From NCBI RefSeq assembly GCF_006345805.1, contig NW_021824461.1:1-19041 (forward strand): 19,041 nt of DNA. Direction: 5' to 3'. Source of the stretch: Octopus sinensis (Eukaryota). Shown here in pieces: positions 1 through 9,800 of the stretch. A program made the translations under genes and the position numbers. Under the pieces are notes generated by a model. It was not told where the DNA came from. It did not search any database and was given only the letters and a program-made list of their open reading frames with translations. Position 1 is the first letter of the stretch. The number at the start of each line of letters is the position of its first letter.

Positions 1-219
1 AGAATGGGAATAGGGGATGGAAAGCTTGGTGTGTTCTGGGTGGGAGGAAGAGAAGTTGAGGTATGAGTGTGAGTCTGTGTGTTTGTAGTGAATGGAGGTG
101 GTAAGAGTGGAGTGAAGAATGCTAACCGAAATGTCGAGGAAGGAGACAGAGGTGTTGGAGATAGTGGAAGTGAAGTGGAGGGCTGGATGGAAAGATTGGA
201 CGAAAGAGAGGAAGGAATC
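1..219 (-). mobile_element. Penelope-like retroelement (PLE, probably Neptune-type) reverse transcriptase C-terminal/thumb fragment, 5'-truncated, continuing past the left edge of the window
   Basis: Manual translation of the minus strand 219->1 gives 73 stop-free codons: DSFLSFVQSFHPALHFTSTISNTSVSFLDISVSILHSTLTTSIHYKHTDSHSYLNFSSSHPEHTKLSIPYSHS. The FHP-L-FT, FLD and K-TD-H-YL-F-SSHP-H-K-SIPYS motifs are typical of the PLE RT end. Homology stops at the (TA)n tract at ~220. Clade call is from motif recall only. Confidence 0.85.
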
Positions 220-354
220 TATATATATATATACATATATATATGTGCATATGTCTGTGTATACGTTAGAGTGTGAAGCATGAGGTATTATCTGAAGTAT
301 ATAAATGTTTTTATTTTAAATTTAAAGCAAAAACAATGAAAGTTATAAGAAATA

Positions 355-483
355 GTTTGTACTTTTACCTTGTATTTCAACATTTCGCGATAGGACCCCT
401 TCTTCATAACAGTTTAACCAAAGATTTCCCGAAGAAGGGGTCCTAACCCCAAAATATTTAAATACAAGATAAAAATACAATCC
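355..483. repeat. Imperfect inverted repeat (~50-bp arms); each arm resembles a degenerate minimal type I hammerhead of the kind found in PLE pseudo-LTRs
   Basis: Perfect 15-bp IR taggaccccttcttc (391-405) / gaagaaggggtccta (431-445) with a 25-nt spacer; outer arms cttgtattt (369-377) / aaatacaag (460-468) extend imperfectly to ~355/483. Plus arm reads atttc-CCGAAGA-agggg-tcctaa-cccc-AAAA-tatt; minus arm reads ATGAAGA-agggg-tcctat-cgc-GAAA-tgtt-gaaat. The IR is certain; the ribozyme reading is inference. Confidence 0.6.
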
Positions 484-508
484 AACGATTTGTATCATTT
501 ATTATAAA

Positions 509-891
509 CTAGCAGTATCGCCCGGCGTTGCTCAGGTTTGTAAGGGAAATAACTATAAAGCATTTTTAGAGAGTTATAGCCAAAAAATAGCAAAAAAAAT
601 GGAAAAAAATGATGGTAAATTTTTTTTTAGTTAAAAAAGGTGGAGTTGCGTCCCCTAGACAGTTTGCGGTTTGTGTCTCTAATTCTCGACCCCATGTCGA
701 ATTTATCGATTTTTTTCAGAACTGGGGGAACTTTTCAAAATTTTCGCTGCGTTAGTTTTGAATTATGACATTGGGCTATGTGTGTGTCAAGTTTCATCAG
801 AATCGGTTGAAAGCCGTGGTCAGGGTGAGGGTACAAGCAAACAGACACACAGAAACACGCACAGACAAACTGCCGTTTATATAGAGAGAGA
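509..891 (-). mobile_element. Non-autonomous Helitron-type element (~380 bp)
   Basis: On the minus strand it starts A|TC (891-890) with TCTCTCTCTATATAAA followed by a GTCTG/GTGTG tract, and ends in a short GC hairpin (cctg-agcaacgc-cggg) then TGCTAG|T (CTAG at 509-512). Inserted between A and T with no TSD, which matches Helitron termini. Confidence 0.75.
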
Positions 892-928
892 TTGTGTATT
901 GTTTTGGCTTTGTAAAAAAAATTAACAT

Positions 929-1115
929 CTATACATACATACACAAACATACACATACATACATACATACATACATACATGCATACATACACATACATAC
1001 ATACATACATGCATACATACGTACATACGTACGTACATACATACATACATACATACATACATACATACATACATACATACATACATACATACATACGTAC
1101 GTACGTACATACATA
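929..1115. repeat. (TACA)n microsatellite with TACG variants
   Basis: Directly visible; source of the spurious HTYI/MYVC ORFs. Confidence 0.95.
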
Positions 1116-2316
1116 CGAGAGGGTACCCAAAAGAACATGTTTACACTTTAATCACCTTTAAAGTATTCTCCATTTGAAGTAAAGCATCGGTCTAGGCGCG
1201 TTTTCCACTGTTCGAAACAGTCCTGGAAACTCTTCCTTCACCTCTCCCACATCTGCAAAACATTTTCCTTTAAGGAGTTTTTTTCATTCGGGGGAACAAA
1301 AAGAATCCGCAAGATCGGGTGAATGGGGAGTGGGAGTATGCGAGGTCATGCCATTTTTGGTCAAAAACTGTCTCATACTCAAAGCGGTGTACGCTGGTGC
1401 ATCGTCGTCATGAAACCACCCAGGTATTTTCGTCTCACTACGTCTCGGAACCGCCTCAAAACTGCCAAGTAAAATATCTGGTTAACGGTTCGACCAGGAG
1501 GGACAAATTCCGTGTGGACAATTCCTTTCGTATCGATGGAACAAATTAGTATTGTCTTCACATTTGACTTCATTTGACGCACTTCTTGGAACGTGGTGAC
1601 ATTGAATGCTTCCATCGACTTGATTACTGCTTCGTTTCCGGGTCGTAGCCGTAACACCAGCTTTCGTTACCAGTAATAACCTTGGAAAAAAAGGGTCGGA
1701 TCAACTTCCAACTGTTCTTTTAGTTCACGACACACATTCAGTCGTGACTGCTTTTGATCTCCCGTGAACAAGCGAGACACAGATTTGGCTGCAACTCTTT
1801 TCATTCGCAATTCCTCGCTCAAAATTCCTTGACAGGAGCTCCAGGACACACCAGTCACAAAACAAGTTCGTCAATCCTCCAAGATCAGTTCATGAATTTT
1901 CGTGAAGTTTTCATTCGTTCGGGAGGTCGACGGATGCCTTGAACGAGGCTGGTCCTCAAGCAATAAATGACCATACCTAAAGCGTGGAAACCACACGTAA
2001 ACTTGTGTGTTGCTCATGCCAGCATCCTTGTAAGCTGTCTGAAGCATGACAACTGTTTCGGCCATCGTTTTCCTCAGCAGAAAACGTAATTTCTCGGAAG
2101 TACACTGTTACTTCGTTTCCATCATCGCAAAAATTGACGAACAGAGGAGAAGCACAGCAAAACAAAGACGCACCACGTGACAGTACCTCAGTCGACGATG
2201 GCGACCGACAGACTGATGCCTGAGGGTCGCATCAAGTGGCTTCTAGCGGTGAAAGGCTCAGATACAACTGGCTTGTCACGTATGAAACGTTTCCGATTAC
2301 TTTTGGGTACCTCCAC
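1116..2316 (-). mobile_element. Decayed mariner (DD34D-family) DNA transposon, ~1.2 kb, transposase pseudogene
   Basis: Minus-strand fragments across frameshifts and stops: AETVVMLQTAYKDAGMSNTQVYVWFPRF..LEDQPRSRHPSTSRT (HTH region), LRMKRVAAKSVSRL, VITGNESWCYGYDPETKQ* (first catalytic Asp reads Asn), GIVHTEFVPPGRTVNQIFYLAVLRR, HDDDAPAYT..HSPDLA, FEQWKTRLDRC..NGEYFKGD*. TIR core ggtacccaaaag (1122-1133) / cttttgggtacc (2300-2311); TA at 1114-1115 and 2317-2318. Confidence 0.93.
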
Positions 2317-2324
2317 TACATATG

Positions 2325-2820
2325 TGTGTCGCTCTCTCTCTCTCCCTCACTCTTCTTCCCTTGCTCACGTGGCCCCCACGTGACCATCGGCCATCCTTCT
2401 TCTACTAACTTGTGTTTCTTTCTTTTCGTTGTAGCTGGATGAAGGAAGACGCGTTCTTGTCTGTCTCCTGTACCAGGTTGATTTACGCGTTCGCCACCAC
2501 GACCTCGTTTAGGCGTAGCAGCCCTTCCTCTTTGTTTTCACTGTCCTGTTTGTGTTACCAATTTTGAATATCCGCAAAATCCCAAATTTTATTTGATTTG
2601 ATTTGCGGGAGAAACTGTTTTATCGAAAGCGTATACTGTTGTTACATGCTCGAAATACGAGACTAGGAAAACAACCAGCAACTGATGAAGAGTCGTTCTT
2701 TGTGTTCTTTGACTTGTTTTCCATTTTTGTCTTTCGTTGTCCAAAAGAATAGTTCATATTCCATGTACTCGTACTTCGTATTTTTTTGTTGTACACGTTC
2801 CGTGACGTCCAGTGCCTACA
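2325..2820 (+). mobile_element. Solo non-coding element with the same module order as the 734-bp array unit (pyrimidine tract, CACGTG, splice-acceptor-like site, hammerhead-like motif, T-rich tail); possible PLE pseudo-LTR
   Basis: CT tract 2330-2360; tcacgtgg/ccacgtga IR 2365-2383; TACTAAC 2403-2409, polypyrimidine tract, TAG 2432-2434; CTGATGA 2682-2688. Boundaries approximate; PLE assignment is inference. Confidence 0.45.
2630..2693 (+). ncRNA. Candidate permuted hammerhead-like motif (solo copy)
   Basis: Stem III cgtaT (2630-2634) / Atacg (2655-2659); H17 = A2635; stem I ctgttgtt (2636-2643) / aacaa(c)cag (2670-2678); GAAA 2652-2655; CTGATGA 2682-2688; stem II gctc (2648-2651) / gagt (2690-2693). 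Three extra nt (caa) lie between stem I and C3. Confidence 0.4.
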
Positions 2821-2965
2821 TATGCATATATATTTATATATATATACACACGTATAGATGAAAGTATGTACATGTACATATGTATATATGCATACATATT
2901 ATATATGAGGTTTTTATTCCCATGCTCGCCACCTATGATCAGTATTTTAAATAACGATCTTATCA

Positions 2966-3154
2966 TTATTTATACACACATATACACACGCACTCATACA
3001 CACACTCATACATACATACATACATACATACATGCATACATACATACATACATACATACATACATACATACATACATGCATACATACATACATATACATA
3101 CATACATACATACACACAGACACACATACCTACATACATACATACATACATACA

Positions 3155-3190
<36 letters not shown>

Positions 3191-3235
3191 TATTACATAC
3201 ATACACACATACATACATACATACATATACTTATT
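2966..3235. repeat. (TACA)n/(CA)n compound microsatellite
   Basis: Directly visible. Confidence 0.95.
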
Positions 3236-3290
3236 TCCCTTATACATAGATATTATTGATTAAAACTGATGGCTTTAATCAGTGGCAAGG

Positions 3291-3305
3291 AGCGCCCCCT
3301 GTTGG
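3291..3305 (-). promoter_or_regulatory. CTCF-like binding motif
   Basis: Minus strand reads CCAACAGGGGGCGCT, one mismatch from the CCACCAGGGGGCGC core; lies in non-repeat sequence between microsatellites. Motif match only. Confidence 0.4.
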
Positions 3306-3554
3306 TGCTTTCGAGCCATTAAAAATAATCGGTCCGTATAAACGAAACCACTCCCGGCAGCAATCACAGTTTCATCAATGTGTGTGTGTGTATGTGTGTC
3401 TGTATGTGTGTATGTATGTGTTTGCACTTGTGTGTGTGTGCGCGTGTGTGAACTTATCAGACTCCATGACGTAATAAACTCGTATTGATCTCTTTGAACG
3501 AATTTGCGGTTGATCTCTTTGAGCGAACTCTCATGCATACATAAATGCGTATGT

Positions 3555-3885
3555 GAAGGCGTGTGGTGTAGTAGTTAGCGTATTAGGTTCACGATTGTGA
3601 GGTCGTGAGCTTGATTCCCAGCGGTGTGTTGCTTCCTTGGGCCAGATATATATATTTTTTCCACGTTGCTCCTGTCCACTCTTCAGGCAAAAAAAAATGT
3701 GTAAGTACCTGTAATTCAAAGGGGCCAGCCTTGTCATATTCTGTGTCACGCTAAATCTCCCTAGGATTTATTTAGGGGACATGTGTCTGTGGAATATTCA
3801 GTCACGTGCACGTTAATTTCACGAGCAGGCTGTTCCGTTGCTCGGATCAACTGGAACACTCGTCATCGTAACCGACGGAGTCTAG
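3555..3885 (+). mobile_element. tRNA-derived SINE, family A (diverged copy)
   Basis: A-box-like tggtgtagtagt (3564-3575), B-box-like gcttgattccc (3609-3619), ~330-bp body ending cgtaaccgacggagt just before a TACA/CA tract. Confidence 0.7.
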
Positions 3886-3896
3886 CTCCCCCCACA

Positions 3897-3973
3897 TCAT
3901 ACACACACACATACATACATACATACATACATACATACATACATACACACATACACACATACATACATACATA

Positions 3974-4035
<62 letters not shown>
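3897..4035. repeat. (TACA)n-(CA)n-(TA)n compound microsatellite
   Basis: Directly visible. Confidence 0.95.
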
Positions 4036-4280
4036 GGCGCAGGTGTAGCTGTGTGGTAAGTAGCTTGCTTACCAACCACATGGATCCGGGTTCAGTCCCA
4101 CTGCGTGGCACTTTGGGCAAGTGTCTTCTACTATAGATAGCCCCGGGCCGACCAAAGTCTTGTGAGTGGATTTGGCAGACGGAAACTGAAAGAAGCCCGT
4201 GTGAGTGTGTGTGTATTTGTGTGTCTGTTTTTGTCCCCCCCCCCACCATCTCTTGACAACCAATGTTGGTGTGTATTACA
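4036..4280 (+). mobile_element. tRNA-derived SINE, family B
   Basis: A box tagctgtgtgg (4046-4056), B box ggttcagtcc (4089-4098), body ...gacggaaactgaaagaagcccgt then an internal GT tract. Homologous to the minus-strand copies at 16243-16539 and 15758-15857. Confidence 0.8.
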
Positions 4281-4437
4281 AAGCATGTATAGATATATAA
4301 TTTTGCATTTTAGATACTTTGGATGGGAAATCAATCATCAGGGTGTACAAAGGACAATGAAGATTACATTAGGATCCGTTTGGAATATATATATATATAT
4401 ATATATATATAGATATATGTGTGTGTGGGGGGGGGGG

Positions 4438-4721
4438 GCAATGGCCCAATGGTTAGGGCAGCGGACTCGCGGTCTCGATTCCCAGACCGGGCGTTGTGAG
4501 TGTTTATTGAGCGAAAACACTTAAAAGCTCCACGAGGCTCCGGCAGGGGATGGTGGTCCCTGCTGTACTCTTTCACCACTCTTTCTCCCACTCTTTCTTC
4601 TGTTGGCCTGCTCGCTTAGCCAGCGGGGTGGCGTCATTCAAAGGCTAAAACAATGCGAACGCATTGTGACCAGCGATGTGTAACAACATCTGATGGTCTG
4701 GTCGGTCACGTGATCACATGA
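4438..4721 (+). mobile_element. tRNA-derived SINE, family C
   Basis: A box tggcccaatgg (4442-4452), shortened B box ggtctcgattcc (4471-4482), tail ggtcacgtgatcacatga running into (TA)n. Confidence 0.72.
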
Positions 4722-5126
4722 TATATATATATATATATATATGATGCAAACGATTTCCAGTTAACCTAGACGAAACCACTTTTAGTGAAAGCGTTCGAAG
4801 GATTCTGTTTGTTAGTTGTAAACAGTCCATGTTTTTTTTTCTATTATAATGAAGGGAGGAGGGCTCAAAAACATGATAAACCAAAACTTTTGTCCTGAAT
4901 CTAATATGTCTTAGGACATACGATTCCTAAAGAGAACTAAAAGACTTTGCTGCTTCTTAAAACCATGCTGTCGAGGTGTTGTGAGTTAACCATGCTGTCG
5001 AGGTGTTTAAATGAATCGAAAACAGCTAAGCTTTCAGAGGTACATTTTAGAGGGAACAGCTATCTCATCGATTAGCCCTATGCTGGTTTTCAATCAGCTG
5101 AAGTAGACTGGCCGTTTAAACATATA

Positions 5127-5326
5127 CTGAGTCCGCCCAAAAAATCTATACATATTTCAGGAATGAAACAAATCTCTATAAATATTTATTGCAATATATT
5201 CAGTGTTGTCACAATTTGATAAAACATCGAACGAGGTATTTATATTAATAGAGGAACGCGTATAAGTTAAATATTTATGCAGAATTTCCTTTCTTGAGGT
5301 ATGTCTAAATTTTTTGGTGGACTCTG
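5127..5326. mobile_element. Tc1/mariner-type MITE (~200 bp)
   Basis: ~28-bp imperfect TIRs: ctgagtccgcccaaaaaatctatacata from 5127, and the reverse complement of the right end, cagagtccaccaaaaaatttagacata (ending 5326). TA at 5125-5126; right flank reads TG. Confidence 0.7.
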
Positions 5327-5826
5327 TGTAGATATGCTTGCAAAGATGTCCGCTGAGATCTACGCAAGGTCGGACACATCGATTGCAGTTGGGGTAAGTT
5401 TAATTTTTTTTTTTTAACCTTTAATTTCTTTATATTGACGACGTAAAATCGAAAAAGACGTAACTCAATACGACGTAAGTCGAGGCATGCTTGTATAAGG
5501 TAATAAGTTTTGGGATAAAGAGGGGCGGCTAGGTCGACAGCTGATGCACCTTTGCTTATATATTCATTGATCTGCAGGGCTGATATGGTCCTAAGCCACA
5601 ACGACAACAACAACAACGGGACGAGTGTATTTCTTCCTAGATACTTGACCTTCTAATGTTGAGGCTAATATCGCCATTAAATCACATAATAGATTTAGAA
5701 AATAGACATCAATAAAAATCCGAAGAACGTATTGGATAATGCAGCCATAATGCGGTCCTAGATACGTTGTGATGGTCATGACTGGAGCGTATTTGAAGGG
5801 AGGTATCAAATAAGATTAATAACTGC

Positions 5827-5827
5827 C

Positions 5828-5866
<39 letters not shown>

Positions 5867-6117
5867 AACACACGCACACACACACGCACATACGCACACA
5901 CATACACACCGATACACACATACCAATACACACACACACACAAACACAATGCACACGTACATTTGCACACAAGCACACACACACACATAGACACAAACAC
6001 ATACACACAAACACATACACACAAACACATACACACAAACACATACACACCGATGCACACACACACACATACACAATACACACGTACATTTGCACACACA
6101 CACACACATACATACAG
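5827..6117. repeat. CA-rich degenerate microsatellite with internal sub-duplication
   Basis: Directly visible; cacacgtacatttgcacac occurs twice. Confidence 0.9.
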
Positions 6118-6465
6118 TCAAACAAACAAACTCACATACCAAACATGGCGACGTAGCTGTTACAGCATTTTCTACCAACGTCGTTTAAAAAGCAAAGATA
6201 ACGTGGTAGGGGGGGGGAGGAAGAGGGGGAGGAGAAACCACACAACGATATTGACTTTCTTCTCCTCTCCCTCCCCCTCGCTCACTTTCTCTCTGTCTCC
6301 CTATACTACCCTCACGCTCTCTCTCTCTACCGCTCTCTTACTGGGTTTGTACACACACACACACAAACGGACTCTTTAAGAAGCATAAATGTCTCAAGAG
6401 AAGCGATCGTCTGCTGTAAATGTATATGTGGGGGAGGGGATGTATAGATAGATATGTATTATACG

Positions 6466-6530
6466 TAAGGCGGTGCTCCAGCATGGCCACAGTCAAACGA
6501 CCGAAACGAGTAAAAGAATAAAAAGAATAA

Positions 6531-6534
<4 letters not shown>
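6466..6534 (+). mobile_element. 5'-truncated SINE/LINE 3' tail
   Basis: taaggcggtgctccagcatggccacagtcaaacgaccgaaacgagtaaaagaataaaaagaataa ends in short (AAAGAAT)-type tail repeats typical of retroposon 3' ends. Family link is from recall only. Confidence 0.45.
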
Positions 6535-6610
<76 letters not shown>

Positions 6611-6850
6611 AGATAATAGATAGATAGATATTCACACACATATATATTTATATCTATATGTATATGTATATATGTACATATATCTGTGTGTGTGCCTGTG
6701 TGCCTGTGTGTGTGCGTGTGTGTGCGTGTGTGGGTGCGTATGTGTGTGTATATATGTATACATATATATATATATATGTATGTATATATATATATATTAT
6801 AATACATACATATATATATATATACATACATATATATATATATATATATA
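6535..6850. repeat. (TA)n/(GATA)n/(TG)n compound microsatellite, left flank of the array
   Basis: Directly visible. Confidence 0.95.
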
Positions 6851-9800
6851 AAGACCCTTGTCCTACGTCCTGTTTTGTTTTGTTGTTTATTTTTTATTTT
6901 CACCGTTATTGTTTTTACGTTTTTGTATTCTTATTGGTGTCACGTATTCTGTATTTTTGTTTGTGTACTTCGATCGTTTTCCGTCCTTTCGTTGTATACA
7001 TTCGAAGCTTTGGGCTGGCCATATCGGAGCAATCTCAAGATTAATCAGCCGAAATTGCTAAGTAAGATGATCTGGTTCTTGACTGATGACTGAGGGCTTC
7101 GAATGTCCCGTCCTGTGGTTCTTGTGTCGTCTCTGTGGTGTTCATGTTCTTGTCCATGTCTGTATTTAATTTTACTGTTTACCTATATAATCGGCGGCTA
7201 CGTATCCACAATTGTCCTTATACGATAAGTATATTTTTTTCTCAAGCTTTGATACGACTCTTAATCTGTCTCTTTTTCTCTCTCTCTCCCTCCTCCCTTA
7301 TTCCACTTCCGTTCTTTCCCTCTCCATCCGTCCCCCCCCCCTTTCTACGTTTCTCTATCTCTCTCACCTCCAGCCCCCTCGATCTGTCTCTTCTTCTCCT
7401 CCCTCGTCCACCTTTCTCCCTTTTCATCTGTCCCTTCTCCTGTCTTTTGTTCTCACGTGACAGCTAGCCGCTGTTGAGCGCTCTTTTCGTTTTCAGCAGC
7501 CTCAGAAGCAACACGGATTTGTTCGTCTCCCCGTGGCCTTTAGGCACAACTTCACAAGCCAGCCCCTACTCAAATCGTCCTGTCGAAAGACCCTTGTCCT
7601 ACGTCCTGGTTTTGTTTTGTTGTTTATTTTTTATTTTCCACCGTTATTGTTTTTACGTTTTTGTATTCTTATTGGTGTCACGTATTCTGTTTTTGTGTTG
7701 TGTACTTCGATCGTTTTCCGTCCTTTCGTTGTATACATTCGAAGCTTTGGGCTGGCCATATCGGAGCAATCTCAAGATTAATCAGCCGAAATTGCTAAGA
7801 TGATCTGGTTCTTGACTGATGACTGAGGGCTTCGAATGTCCAGTCCTGTGGTTCTGTGTGTCGTCTGTGGTGTTTCATGTTCTTGTCCATGTCTGTATTT
7901 AATTTTACTGTTTACCTATATAATCGGCGGCTACGTATCCACAATTGTCCTTATACGATAAGTATATTTTTTTCTCAAGCTTTGATACGACTCTTAATCT
8001 GTCTCTTTTTCTCTCTCTCTCCCTCCTCCCTTATTCCACTTCCGTTCTTTCCCTCTCCATCCGTCCCCCCCCCCTTTACGTTTCTCTATCTCTCTCACCT
8101 CCAGCCCCCTCGATCTGTCTCTCTTCTTCTCCTCCCTCGTCCACCTTCCTCCCTTTTCATCTGTCCCTTTCTCCTGTCTTTTGTTCTCACGTGACAGCTA
8201 GCCGCTGTTGAGCGCTCTTTTCGTTTTCAGCAGCCTCAGAAGCAACACGGATTTGTTCGTCTCTCCCCGTGGCTTTAGGCACAACTTCACAAGCCAGCCC
8301 CTACTCAAATCGTCCTGTCGAAAGACCCTTGTCCTACGTCCGTTTTGTTTTGTTGTTTATTTTTTATTTCACCGTTATTGTGTTTTACGTTTTTGTATTC
8401 TTATTGGGTGTACGTATTCTGTATTTTTGGTTGTGTACTTCGATCGTTTTCCGTCCTTTCGTTGTATACATTCGAAGCTTTGGGCTGGCCATATCGGAGC
8501 AATCTCAAGATAATCAGCCGAAATTGCTAAGATGATCTGGTTCTTGATGATGACTGAGGGCTTCGAATGTCCCGTCCTGTGGTTCTTGTGTCGTCTCTGT
8601 GGTGTTTCATGTTCTTGTCCATGTCTGTATTTAATTTTACTGTTTACCTATATAATCGGCGGCTACGTATCCACAATTGTCCTATACGATAAGTATATTT
8701 TTTCTCAAGCTTGATACGACTCTTAATCTGTCTCTTTTTCTCTCTCTCTCCCTCCTCCTTATTCCACTCCGTTCGTTCTTCCCTCCCTCTCCATCCGTCC
8801 CCCCCCCCTTTCTACGTTTCTCTATCTCTCTCACCCAGCCCCCTCGATCTTCTCTCTTTCTTCTCCTCCCTCGTCCACCTTCTCTCCCTTTTCATCTGTC
8901 CCTTTCTCCTGTCTTTTGTTCTCACGTGACAGCTAGCCGCTGTTGAGCGCTCTTTTCGTTTTCAGCAGCCTCAGAAGCAACACGGATTGTTCGTCTCCCC
9001 GTGGCCTTTAGGCACAACTTCACAAGCCAGCCCCTACTCAAATCGTCCTGTCGAAAGACCCTTGTCCCACGTCCTGGTTTTGTTTTGTTGTTTATTTTTT
9101 ATTTTCACCGTTATTTTTTTAACGTTTTTGTATATTCTATTGGTGTCACGTATTCTGTATTTGTGTTTGTGTACTTCGATCGTTTTCCGTCCTTTCGTTG
9201 TATACATTCGAAGCTTTGGGCTGGCCATATCGGAGCAATCTCAAGATTAATCAGCCGAAATTGCTAAGATGATCTGGTTCTTGACTGATGACTGAGGGCT
9301 TCGAATGTCCCGTCCTGTGGTTCTTGTGTCGTCTCTGTGGTGTTTCATGTTCTTGTCCATGTCTGTATTTAATTACTGTTTACCTATATAATCGGCGGCT
9401 ACGTATCCACAATGTCCTTATACGATAAGTATATTTTTTTCTCAAGCTTTGATACGACTCTTAATCTGTCTCTTTTTCTCTCTCTCTCCCTCCTCCCTTA
9501 TTCCACTTCCGTTCTTTCCCTCTCCATCCGTCCCCCCCCCCTTTCTACGTTTCTCTATCTCTCTCACCTCCAGCCCCCTCGATCTGTCTCTTTCTTCTCC
9601 TCCCTCGTCCACCTTCTCTCCCTTTTCATCTGTCCCTTTCTCCTGTCTTTTGTTCTCACGTGACAGCTAGCCGCTGTTGAGCGCTCTTTTCGTTTTCAGC
9701 AGCCTCAGAAGCAACACGGATTTGTTCGTCTCCCCGTGGCCTTTAGGCACAACTTCACAAGCCAGCCCCTACTCAAATCGTCCTGTCGAAAGACCCTTGT

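Noticed and set aside
79-276. Plus-strand 65-aa ORF (MFVVNGGGKSG...)
   Set aside because: It is the antisense shadow of the PLE RT frame plus microsatellite.
1116-2316. Active mariner transposase
   Set aside because: Multiple frameshifts, in-frame stops, internal deletions, first catalytic Asp changed to Asn, and degenerate TIR ends.
4961-5007. 20-bp direct repeat aaccatgctgtcgaggtgtt twice, 27-bp period
   Set aside because: Only two copies; best explained as a local slippage duplication.
5332-5399. Possible 62-nt exon ending at GG|GTAAGT (MLAKMSAEIYARSDTSIAVG)
   Set aside because: Good donor, but the acceptor is weak and overlaps the MITE end, and the peptide is unrecognised.
6140-6152. 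YY1-like motif or start context caaacATGGCGac
   Set aside because: Short motif expected by chance; the ATG is followed by a stop after three codons, and there is no other promoter evidence.
7011-7105. HDV-like ribozyme or canonical type I hammerhead reading of the array motif
   Set aside because: For HDV-like, CGAA before attgct resembles J4/2-P2, but only ~16 nt separate the P2 strands, too few for P3, P1, P1.1 and P4. For type I, no downstream GAAA/UH strand pairs with tcttga.
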